Part shown: positions 13,283-24,154 of the stretch, one piece after another
Layout of the letters: the number at the start of each line of letters is the position of its first letter
How positions within the stretch are numbered: position 1 is the stretch's first letter
From: Octopus sinensis
Taxonomy: Eukaryota
DNA: 33,965 nucleotides
Reading direction: 5' to 3'
NCBI RefSeq assembly: GCF_006345805.1
Contig: NW_021831965.1
Span: 1 to 33,965 of the forward strand
The notes under the pieces: model-generated
What the model was told of the DNA's origin: nothing
Databases searched by the model: none
Seen by the model: only the letters and a program-made list of their open reading frames with translations
Position numbers and translations under genes: made by a program

Positions 13283-13576
13283 ACAGTGTACATTTAAACA
13301 CAAGAGATGGGCATAATAGGACGTCTAACACGCTAGAAAGAGTAGTCAAAATCCAAACCACTATTAGGGGTAATTTCGAAGGGAATGAAAAATAAAAACA
13401 TTTACCATCTTTCTCCTGGACCATGGCTTCAAACTCTATTTAGCAAATAAAGTAATTTGTTAGGCGAAGTTCTCAGCAGCAGGAGTGCTACACATATATA
13501 TATAAGATCGTTATTTAAAATATCGATATCAAGCGTCCAGCATGGGAATAAAAATATTATATGTATTATTATTAAA

Positions 13577-13715
13577 ATTATAATTAAGGGTATCTATGAG
13601 ATATCACCATGCTAGAGATAGCAGTCAAAACTTAACTTTAAAACCACTTCATAGAGTCAAATTTTGACTCCTATCTCTAGCATGGCGGTATCTCTTAGAT
13701 ACCTTTAATTATAAT
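13577..13715. repeat. Hairpin element / MITE: 54-bp inverted arms, 31-bp spacer
   Basis: 13577-13630 versus 13662-13715 reverse complement match with 5 mismatches. Confidence 0.85.
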
Positions 13716-13732
13716 ATATATATATCATGTAT

Positions 13733-13830
13733 TTTCAATCCCCGAATCAGCTGACACGTTGTCCTTGAGCAAGACACTTCATTTTGCTGTAATACAATCT
13801 ACTCATCAGAAAGTTAATACCTGCCTATCC
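13733..13830 (+). mobile_element. Possible decayed SINE remnant
   Basis: B-box-like TTCAATCCC followed by GTCCTTGAGCAAGACACTT, a motif common just after the tRNA head of metazoan SINEs. Confidence 0.4.
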
Positions 13831-14881
13831 TATGTATAGCCGTCATATCATTCATGTTACGGTATGTGAAAGGTGGAAGGGCCGAAAGGATGTTTAGGTC
13901 TGTTCGCAACTATATTGCGATGATGACAGCAAAGTACCATAATCAAACTACTCGCTTTGGGTGCCTATGAAGCCGCGAGCAGACATTAAGTACGTTTGTT
14001 CATACATACGTAGTTGTGCATGTGCACACACACACATCCAAATGCGTTAATAAACTTTACTTAATGGTACCTACCGTTCAGTATCCATGCTGGTTTTGCA
14101 TATGACCGGGTAAGTGCAAATCTGTGTGTGCGTATGATATGATGTGTGTGTGTGTATAGGTATTAACTGCGTTTACAAACAATTGGGTAGTTTGTCAAAT
14201 GACAATGTTTTTGTTGTGGACGAGAAGTTAAACACCTCTCGTGTGACTTCGTCGTGCCTCTTTGAGCCAATCGCAAATGGCTTTATTCGACGCTCTTTCT
14301 CCTTTATTTATTAAGTTAAGCATCTTTTGTCAATAGATGTGTTATTGTTCATTAGTGGCCGAATAATGAAATGAATTACGCTTACACTACGAAAACTATT
14401 TAGAGGGGCGGAAGCAAAGTTGTTTCAAGATTTTCTCAGGAGAATTAATATTTTTATTTTTCAGTGTACATTTGAGCTATTTTTAGTGTGTATTAGCGAC
14501 ATAAATGAAATGAGATGGCTACAGTTTTATATTTGTTTAGATAAATAACAATTATAACAGCTCTAGAAACAGTGTCTCTTTAATAACGATCGATCTCAAC
14601 TGCAGAAGTTTGACTCAGTTACCTGTTGGATGAGCCAAAACAACTAATTATCTCGACAGCTGAAGTATGGAGGACAAATGTTTTGGTCCGGTCACATTTG
14701 TATACACCGAAACTAGTTTCCGCAATTCACCCTGAAATGAAAACAAGAAATAACGGAGCCGAAGAGGGAGCTTTTACGTGGTCGCTTGGCCTGCTAAAAA
14801 TAGCAGCCTAATATTTTCAGCTCGCATACCATCACCTTAAATTAGAAAGACGCATTGTGGAGTTCTAGATATACAAAAAGG

Positions 14882-17039
14882 GGTTAATATAGGGCGTAAC
14901 AAATATCAGAAAATCAAAAAAAAAATGTGTGTAATAGGTGTAAAACAACTTCCTATGAACGAATATGAAAAAAAAAATTCGCGCACGCGAAAGGGGGGTG
15001 GGGGAGAGGCCTCGGAAAATTCACATCGGGAAGTTCCGAAAGCGTCTGAGGGGCTGACCCGGGCACCAAAACAAAAAAAAAATAGTGTAATATGTGTAAA
15101 ACAACTTGCTCTAAACGAATATGAAAAAAAAATGCGCTCTCGAGAAAGAGGGGTGGGGGAGAGGCCTCGGAATATTTATATCGGGAATTTCCGAAAGCGT
15201 CTGAACCGGGCACAAAAACAAAAACAGCGTAATAGGTGTAAAACAACTTGCTCTAAACGACTATCATGAAAAAAATGCGCGCTCGCGAAAGGGGGGTGGG
15301 GGAGAGGCTTCGGAAATTTCACATCTTCAGTCCACGGCCTTTAAACTAAGAAAAAATAGTGTAATTGGTGTAAAACTACTTGTTCTAAACGAGTATCAAG
15401 AACACACACTCACACATGAATCATAAACTCCGTATTTCGCAAAAAAAAATAATAAAGAGAAGAAATTCTGGAAAAAGTGAAGAAATGTTAGATCTCCGCC
15501 ATGTGAATCAAAATACGTGTCAGAAACATCTTGAAATACTACAGAAATTATGTTACGAAAATGATAATGTATACATACCTCCTTGAGTGGTCCATCGATA
15601 ATGATGATAAAGAAATGAGTTGGATTTGAACTCAGAATATTGACTAACACAACTACATACTACAAGACTCAAAATATTCAGCCAAGTCACCACCCTTTAA
15701 CTAGCAATAATAATAACATCAATAACATAACAGCCAAAAGATTTATTTGTTCTGAAAATAACAATCATAGTAAATAAATATGTTCTTTAATATATATTTC
15801 TTTACTACCCACAAGGGGCTAAACATAGAGGGGACAAACAAGGACAGACAAAGGGATTAAGTCGATTACATCGACCCAGTGCGAAACTGGTACTTTATTT
15901 ATCGACCCCGAGAGGATGAAAGGCAAAGTCGACCTCGGCGGAATTTGAACTCAGAACGTAACGACAGACGAAATACCGCTAAGCATTTCGCCCGGCGCGC
16001 TAACGTTTCTGCCAGCTCGCCGCCTCTTAAATATGTTCTTTAATATTCACATTCATGTGCACAGTTAAACACACTTACATACAAACAGTCACGCATGCAT
16101 AATACAGAACGGAACACATAAATGAAGGATGCATTACTTAGTATATATTACATCTAGAGAATTTTGATTAATAAGTCAAATATGCAAATTTTAAAGATAA
16201 TTAATTGCTTTACTAAACAGTGTTGTAAAGGTGAAAAAATAAATTTGGGAAAAAAATACACGCCAAAACTAATTAATAAAGGATAATTAGGGAAGGATTG
16301 ACACAAAATAATAATTTTTTCTGATAAATGCATCTTAATAAGTGAGAAGAATTGCATATATCTGAACTATTTCAAAGAAAAGCATAAATTTAATGTTTAA
16401 AATAGCTTTAACCAAGGAATGAGATGCAACATTTCTTCACTTTTTCCAGAATTTCTTCTCTTTATTATTTTTTTTTTGCGAAATACGGAGTTTATGATTC
16501 ATGTGTGAGTGTGTGTTCTTGATACTCGTTTAGAACAAGTAGTTTTACACCAATTACACTATTTTTTCTTAGTTTAAAGGCCGTGGACTGAAGATGTGAA
16601 ATTTCCGAAGCCTCTCCCCCACCCCCCTTTCGCGAGCGCGCATTTTTTTCATGATAGTCGTTTAGAGCAAGTTGTTTTACACCTATTACGCTGTTTTTGT
16701 TTTTGTGCCCGGTTCAGACGCTTTCGGAAATTCCCGATATAAATATTCCGAGGCCTCTCCCCCACCCCTCTTTCGCGAGAGCGCATTTTTTTCATGATAG
16801 TCGTTTAGAGCAAGTTGTTTTACACATATTACACTATTTTTTTTTTGTTTTGGTGCCCGGGTCAGCTCCTCAGACGCTTTCGGAACTTCCCGATGTGAAT
16901 TTTCCGAGGCCTCTCCCCCACCCCCCTTTCGCGTGCGCGAATTTTTTTTTTCATATTCGTTCATAGGAAGTTGTTTTACACCTATTACACACATTTTTTT
17001 TTTTTGATTTTCTGATATTTGTTACGCCCTATATTAACC
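14882..17039. mobile_element. Foldback-type non-autonomous DNA transposon, ~615-bp TIRs with internal subrepeats, 8-bp TSD
   Basis: 14882-15496 is a near-perfect reverse complement of 16421-17039; termini GGTTAATATAGGGCGTAAC; CAAAAAGG at 14874-14881 and 17040-17047; no transposase in the spacer. Confidence 0.92.
15794..16027 (-). mobile_element. Full-length tRNA-derived SINE with 19-bp TSD
   Basis: Minus strand: A-box-like TGGCAGAAACG, B box GAGTTCAAATTCC, central GCCTTTCATCCTCTCGGGGTCGATAAA..AGTACCAG (resembles the MetaSINE domain, from memory); TSD TAAATATGTTCTTTAATAT at 15775-15793 and 16028-16046. Confidence 0.92.
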
Positions 17040-17784
17040 CAAAAAGGAAGTCTAGTTAAAGTTGGAAGGTTTTAAACCATAGGTTAATCTGAGTTAAAAC
17101 AAATACGATCCAACGAGTGACTTTTGTGATAGTTCGACTTGCTTGACATAGTAGCCAAATCCCATTCTAACACGTTAAAACGCGAGGATATATAATCATA
17201 GATACAAAAACAGAGGATCACATTTGCTGGAACGTTTTTGATTATAGCTCTAATCAGTAACGACCTAGCTATAAACAGATTTGTTGGAGACAGATGGGTG
17301 TAGAATACTATATTTTTATGTGTTTCAAAATGAATAACAGAGAAAAAGAGGTATCCTTCCGAAATAGGTAATTGTTAAAATGCCTAGAAATATATATAAT
17401 TAATAGGACCAGAAAAATAAAAGAGTGCTTAGTGATGTGTGGAATGTCTTCGATCAATATGTCTACTGGATCAGAGTTAATCTGAAGACAAACTACAATA
17501 ACTAACAATAGACGCATTCCAATCACTGGATTAGCTAGAAATAGCAGCCAAAACATTACTGAAACACATTTGATCACAGAGACCTAGATTAGAGCTGACC
17601 AAAGTTTAAGACGGAAACAGTGCAATGATCTAATAAAATCCAAGTTTCATGCAATGTTTCTCTACTCGAAATAAAATCTGCATGTGGAGATTTCGCGTAG
17701 AGGAATTATCGTTACCCGAGATGAGTGTAAATAACTATTGTTATTTAGCCTCAGGTTTGCACTGATCCAGCGGTTGTAATAATG

Positions 17785-17999
17785 ATTTCAATTTTTGGCA
17801 TAAGGCCAGCAAATTCGGGGGAAGAGTAAGTTGATTACATCCAGCTCAGAGATCAATTATTACTTATTTTATCGACTCCGAAAGGATGAAAGGCAAAGAC
17901 GACCTCGGGGGAATTTGACCTCAGTATGTAAAGATGGATGGGATAATGCTGCTAAGCATTTTCCCGGCGTGCTAACGATTCTACCAGCTCGCTACCTTA
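17785..17999 (-). mobile_element. Older SINE of the same superfamily with a different 3' end
   Basis: TATCGACTCCGAAAGGATGAAAGGCAAAGACGACCTCGGGGGAATTTGA..CTAAGCATTTTCCCGGCGTGCTAACG aligns with 15900-16020. Confidence 0.85.
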
Positions 18000-19369
18000 C
18001 TGCAAGTTTATAATAATAATGAACATCCCTTTATTAATTTTCGTGACCATCCCATTTCAGCCTATCGTATTACATTGAAATATATCTGTTGCGTCCCAAT
18101 TAAAATGTTTGTTTCGCAATATTTCTATGGATTGAGGAATGTAGCTGCTGTTTCTAGCAGTAATATACACACATACACGTATCTGTTGCAAGCAGTTGTT
18201 TAGCACCAGATCATCTCTAACCCAACAGACGTGTAATGAAAGGCATTCGACTTATAACCATCCCATTTTAATTTTTTAGGGAGCGTACTCTTGGACTACA
18301 ACGGGGATGGCAATCTTTTTCGAGCAGTGGGCCGCTTGAAACGGGGTTCATCATAAGGCGGGAAGCACTAGAAAAAAGATTAAGTTAATTTTTTGTTGGA
18401 AGTACCTCAGCTACAGAAGACCATACGCGTAAACATGTCTTAGAAATAGTGGAGAAAGTCGATGTTTTTCTTTTCCTTTTCGGAGAAAATTTTCTTTTAC
18501 AATTGAAAAAATGAAGTCTTGGTATAATATTATCACTGTTGACGGTGTGATTGACACGTTGCTGCCGCCATACATTCCAAAATAATTAAAAGACAAAAAA
18601 GCAATCTTTCGGTATTAGTAGATGACTTTATTTACCCACATAACGTTCCCTCATGACATATATGAAGACTATAGGCTGAAAAAGAAGTTGAATGACGTCT
18701 ATACCGAAAGATTGCTGTCAAAAATCCATGTTTGAAGTATCTATATGATGCATGTTTTGAAAAAATTGAATACTTTCATACTCCGTGTATCCAAATAGAA
18801 AACTTTTTTTTAAGTCCCAGAGGCACATTTAACAATCTAACCATTAAATAATTTCATAGATCACATTTAAATTGAAAGATAATGTTAATTTTAAAATATA
18901 CATAAAAATAGTAAGATTTGTTTCAAATTAATTCATTTGACAATACAAAATTTTTTTAAGAAAACGTTTCTTTTCCAGAAAAAAAAAGGTTCCCCGTTTC
19001 TAAAGCAAAAAAATGCTTACAATTATGATCTTCCTTAGAGAAAATTGTCAATAGTTTAAAATGCTGATAACGTTATAAAATACAGGGAAGCGGGTGTAAC
19101 CTGATTCAAGGGAAGCAACTCCCACCTTACACCCAAATTGAAAAACACGACCTGACAAGACGAAAGAAACAAACACCGAAATGCTGTGTGAAAAAAATTG
19201 AGCAACAGGCAAGGAAAACAGTCTGTCATACGATGATTAAAACACAGACAATCATTATTGTATTTATTATTTATTTGTTACTTATCTGTTATTAATGCAA
19301 CCATAAATAATTTACAAATTTTACTAACAAAACTTGCTCTTGTTTTTACAACTTTTCCAGTATTTACAT

Positions 19370-20425
19370 ATATTTGTAATGCTTCAACTCGTAAACTGTC
19401 TTTGGGAAAAATATCTGTTAATCTTGACCTACTTTTTGACTTAGTTATTTTCATTCTAGAAAGTAGTTGTTCATATTTGTACGTACTACCAAACATGGTA
19501 GCTAATCTGGCATACTTTTTGGATAGTTTTCTTTAGGAAGAATTGCATAAAATGGCAACAATCGTTCGTCTTCAAATTATTGCCGAAGAAATTCATCACT
19601 CAATTATTTCCATTTGCCTTTTTTTTTTTCATTACTATTTTTCTACATCAGAATTAAATGGATTTCCAAAATAGTTAAAACTAGCTTCTCCAAGCTTTGA
19701 AATCCTTAAATTTGGTGTGGAAGATCTTTTTTCCGACTTAACTCTATAGCAAAACTATTGTATCCAGGCTCCTTTGGCTGGTGCTGGGAAACGAGAAATG
19801 TTTCTGGACCTCATTTGTTTCTAAAGCTTTGGTTTGAGAATACATCTCGGGAATTAACTGAATTTACTTTTACAATTTTAAATTGAAATAATTTAAATAG
19901 GGAGTGATATCTACAGGAAATGTAGATATTTAATCATCTTTCAGTTCAGAAACAGAGTGCCAGTTGAACCGAATCAGATATGGCTGTGCCTTCTTCAATG
20001 GCCAGTGCAAAAGAATCAGATTTTTCTTTTTTTTTTTTTCTGACAGCACACCCTCGATACCTCCTACAGTTGCCTCGGGTCATCTTTTGACTGTTCTTTG
20101 ACACGAGATAATCTTGTCAAACATAATTAACTTTCCTGGGCATAAATGTTCAGGCACTGCCAAAAGACATTCTTTTACAAATACCTAGTCAACATAATTC
20201 TTTTAATGTTTAGCAGCATCTTTGCTAACAAAGTACATTGTACTTACATTTTCTTTGAGTTCTTTCTGCCTTTTAGAAGAGTGTTTCAATTTTTTGCATT
20301 TTAATATCTCCTAAATTTATAGTATGCAAAATGTTTTGAAGCATAATATTGCTTAACATTAAGTTCTTTAAACTGACCATATCCCACCCGTTTTATGTCC
20401 AAACAGACCACATCCAGTTTCTCAT
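19370..20425 (-). pseudogene. Decayed hAT transposase (SPIN/Buster/GTF2IRD2-like) with internal deletion
   Basis: Minus-strand pieces in the expected order: FKELNVKQYYASKH; FVKECLLAVPEHLCP; FALAIEEGTAISDSVQLA (degenerate FSLALDESTD..D.AQL); FPVDITPYLNYFNLKL; NPF; QMEIIE; MFGSTYKYEQLLSRMKITKSKSRSRLTD (hAT dimerisation domain). Confidence 0.82.
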
Positions 20426-21104
20426 ACCTACAAAAACTCAAAGCTGAGTTAATACATGATTAATTCGAAACAATATCAATATGTAAGTTTAGGGGTTAAA
20501 GTAGCATGGCTCTGGCCCTGGTAACATAATTTCCTGGTTCCAAATGAGCCAGGTATAACAGCAAAGAGGAATACGAGTACAACAGTTGCAATTTATGGCC
20601 ACACTTTATTCAAACGGCTAATGGAAAGTACAGCAAAAGTTGGCACAACATGAATGCTGCTGTCAGAAAATATACACAATGGTTTCTCATGTAGTTGAAT
20701 CTTGATGATGTGTGCTGGACAGAACACAACGTTTCAAAGCTCTTCACCTCTCCATTCCAAGATCTGAACTCAATCGCACTTCCTACCTCACTGAAGAATA
20801 ACAAGAAAGATTCCTCTTTTTAAAGTTGATGGTGGTCTCCAGTGGACAAACATAATTTTGCCTGTGCTAGGCTGGCCTGGCACATGTTGGGATGATAGCT
20901 TGTGTAAAGCCAGAAAGACTCAACCATCATGTGGCAACTTGTAGAAAACATGCATATGAGCCAATATTTGGGTATTTAAGCTTAATCGGCTGAATAATAA
21001 TTGTACTTCTGCTACATAAGCATTGCATTTGACTGAGTTACCTGAATGCTAAAGGGTTAAAAGTGGAAATGGATTCATAACCAATAAGCTAAGCAAGATC
21101 TTAC

Positions 21105-21201
21105 CTCTTGGTGGAGTTAATGTTGGCCTCATTTTAGCGTCGGAAATCTCTTTACTTGAAGACAGGTTGGAGTCTTCTGCTGACTTTCCTCCACTAGATT
21201 C
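21105..21201 (-). CDS. Candidate isolated 97-nt internal coding exon of an unidentified host gene
   Basis: Minus strand TTTAG|GAATCT...CCAAGAG|GTAAGA; open reading ESSGGKSAEDSNLSSSKEISDAKMRPTLTPPR; no recognisable TE motif. Confidence 0.5.
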
Positions 21202-21488
21202 CTAAACATCATAGCGAAATGACAGGAAACTATCTTAAAGTTTGCCTGCCATTTTTTATTGCCATGACTACTTAGGGAGTTAAAACTAGATCAACAGAAT
21301 GTTGTTCACTGTTGATTATAATTATTCTGTCATATTCCGAGAATTTTTGAAATAGGAAAAATATACAAAATCTTTGTTTTCACAAAATAGTAAAAAAAAA
21401 AAAAATTTATAGTCACACTCTAATTGAACAGAAATGTTACCACCATTATCCAGACAATGTCAACAAAATAGTTATTACAAAAATAATG

Positions 21489-22159
21489 TGTGATGTTGGC
21501 TTGATTTGACAGTTTAAATATATATATAGGGATCTAACTTGACCCTGCCTGAGATTTGAAACCAAATCCACCAGCTTATTGCTTGTCAAAGCGAGCGAGC
21601 GGGAAATGATTGATGAAGACACACTTGACCCCCTAGGATCTGTGCTGGTCAAGGAAAAGTCAATCCTTTGTTTAAGGCTTGACCTACATTACTGACCATA
21701 ATCTATATAACAGAGCATTTCCTATCTCTTCCCCTTATGTGTCTGCCAGACCAACTAGCAACTCATTCTTTTATGTCAGCCAGACCGAGGAGCAGCACCC
21801 ACTTTTGCGTCAGCCTTAACCAAAAGCAGCACTTTGCCCTTTGATCGACATGCGAAGAGAGGCTTTCAGCTACAAGAAAGGCGATGTCGCCTTCATCCTT
21901 TCTAGTCAGCACCATGCATTCTTTACTCTTTCCCTCTCTACTGGCAGACAGTAACTTCTACACTATCAACTAGTAACTAGTGAGCCATCCTTATTGTCAG
22001 CATCGCTAAAATTGCTACTGTCCCTTTAACTACCTGTCGGGCAACAAATAGACATATGTAAATAACATTTCTTCCTTCTTGTATCTCTCAAATTCTGCCT
22101 AAGCACTCTGTACCATTATGCTAAGCAACCCTTGGCAATACATACCAACGTTTATAACA
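21489..22159 (+). mobile_element. Possible solo LTR
   Basis: GC-richer block beginning TGTGA and ending TAACA, with TATATAA at ~21704 and an AATAA near 22061; no TSD found. Confidence 0.3.
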
Positions 22160-23091
22160 TTGAATATCTTAAAATGAAACATTTTGATTTGTTAAGATGA
22201 TCACCTCTTTTTTTTTGTTGCATAAAGTCACACCACTTTTTGTAGCTAATATTTTTTGACAAGGTTTCTACCTTAAGATTCCTCATATTGAGCTCTTTCA
22301 TTTGAACACAAGTATTGTAAAGTTTACTTTTACAATAGCTGAGATATTTTGATTTGAAGTTAATCCTGGGGGTTACTTAATATTTTTTAGTCACTTAAAG
22401 TCACACTATGTTTTTCTTAGCTTACACTTTTTAATGAGATTTTCACCAAAAGATTCTTCTCAGTGAGAACATTTTTATAAAATCAATTAATCTGTACTTT
22501 TAAAATAACTGACCTCATTTTTGAGCTCACATCTTTTGCCTTAACATTTTTTCTAATGAACCAAATTTCAATTGTTTTATCTGCAAATGTAGCTTAAGAC
22601 TGGACCATCATTGCTAAAAAGAGTGCATTCAGTTCGGTTGAGATATGAATTAGTGATAAAACCTAGTGCTGCCTCACATCATTTCAAAGACTAGTGAAGA
22701 AAATTGGAAAATTTCTTGTCAAAATGGAGAAATTCCAACTTATGTGGGCGTCCTGATCTGAAACTCCACCTTTTTCTTTTCAATGTAAGTAATAAAATAG
22801 CATACATTGCTATTAAATATTGGTAAATTTATAGAACAAATCTAACCATAAAACCTGTTTAATTGAACTTTATGACAAATGTATAATGCAACTAAAATGT
22901 GACAGCTTTAGTGAAACATTGTCAACATAACTGACCTTAAATTTTTTTTATATATTTTGAAAAGCATTAAAAAATTTTATATGACTATGTCAGCTCTGAT
23001 CCAGTAGACACATCATCTATGATAAAGATTTCCATATAGTCACTCAACATGTGAGAAATAGCAGCCAAGTCTCCCTTAAATCACACCTTAT

Positions 23092-23190
23092 AGGAAGACA
23101 TGGGACGAAGCGGTGAAGGCTGACTCTGAGCTCAAAGGATGAAATGACAAAGGACAGGACTTCTGGCAATATGAGGTTCTCAAAAAGACT
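23092..23190 (+). mobile_element. Small RTE ORF2 C-terminal fragment
   Basis: RKTWDEAVKAD...MTKDRTSG resembles KKTWDEVVKHD..MTSDRDLW of the 7901-11302 copy. Confidence 0.6.
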
Positions 23191-23219
23191 TCATCTCTTC
23201 AGCAAAATAACAGTACAGA

Positions 23220-23600
23220 TTATTTAGACACTGCTAATACACAAGAATTCTCAATGATTATTCCAGAAGTCAAACCAAACATGCAATTGTCCAACTGCAG
23301 AAGAAGTTGCAATAATTATGCCAGATGCGAATTTGTATACAGTACAGCTGCAAAGATTTCGGACACTCTGTAAAAGGTATGTTCTTGGTGAATCTTTCTT
23401 TCAAACAATCAATTCAATGCATCCAACTTATGATCCACTGCAGTTCCCATTGCTATTTCCATTTGATGAAAAGGTATGGAGAGTCAACTTAACTTTTGAT
23501 GTTTGAGGTAAGCCTCATAAAATGTCATGGTGTTCAATATAATGTAGAAATATGTACATCTGTAAAATCAGTTAAATATATTAGCAAATATATTTATATA
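23220..23600 (+). pseudogene. Helitron Rep/helicase remnant
   Basis: NCPTAEEVAII, HPTYDPLQFPLLFP..VW and NVEICTSVKSVKYISKYIY are Helitron RepHel motifs, the last carrying the catalytic tyrosines; they are joined by an internal deletion. Confidence 0.8.
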
Positions 23601-23713
23601 TTTTGATATCAAAACTTTGGCTGTAAACTACGAACGCAAAAGATGATGTATCACAGATAAGCATTCCTTAAATTCAACCCGTTAACTACCTAGTATTATT
23701 TCTGCGCAATTGA

Positions 23714-23915
23714 TTAACCCTGTTAGTTTCACTCTGTCTATTTCAGCCTCACTCCTCATGTATAATATATAACTCTTATAGCTCCTCTTACTTATCGATG
23801 TCTAAGATTTAACCCTGTTAGTTTCTCTATTCTGTTTCACTCTGTCTATTTCAGCTTCACGCCTCATGTTAAATATATAATCCTATAGTTCCTCTTACTT
23901 CTCAATGTCTAAGAT
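23714..23915. repeat. Tandem duplication, ~95-107-bp unit x2
   Basis: TTAACCCTGTTAGTTTC...ATGTCTAAGAT present twice. Confidence 0.85.
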
Positions 23916-24154
23916 AAATTAAGCTCATGCATCTACCCTAAATCTGCAACATATCTCTCTCTCAATTATGTCTCTTAATACCTACAACGAAGTATTCCTT
24001 CTCCAAGAGATGAGATGCACCCCCTTCGTGGCTGCTAGTTTTTGCAGTGCCCCCGCCCTCCCACCCCCTCCACTTTTACCAGAAGTTCCAATTTTGTCAT
24101 CCTTGGTTGTCTCCCATGAACACTTTTAAAGGCTTACGCCACCCCCACCACCTA

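Noticed and set aside
14255-14415. CCAAT and GGGGCGGAAG promoter-like motifs
   Set aside because: Short motifs with no associated exon or transcript evidence.
14925-16994. Mirror-image ORFs MCVIGVKQLPMNEYEKK on both strands
   Set aside because: Chance ORFs in the TIR subrepeats; they diverge by frameshift between arms and have no domain motif.
18590-18722. Inverted repeat GCAATCTTTCGGTA / TACCGAAAGATTGC and a loose hammerhead-like arrangement
   Set aside because: Core and cleavage triplet do not fit; only a 14-bp inverted repeat is supported.
22200-22530. Diverged ~172-bp tandem duplication
   Set aside because: Similarity too patchy to define units or termini by eye.
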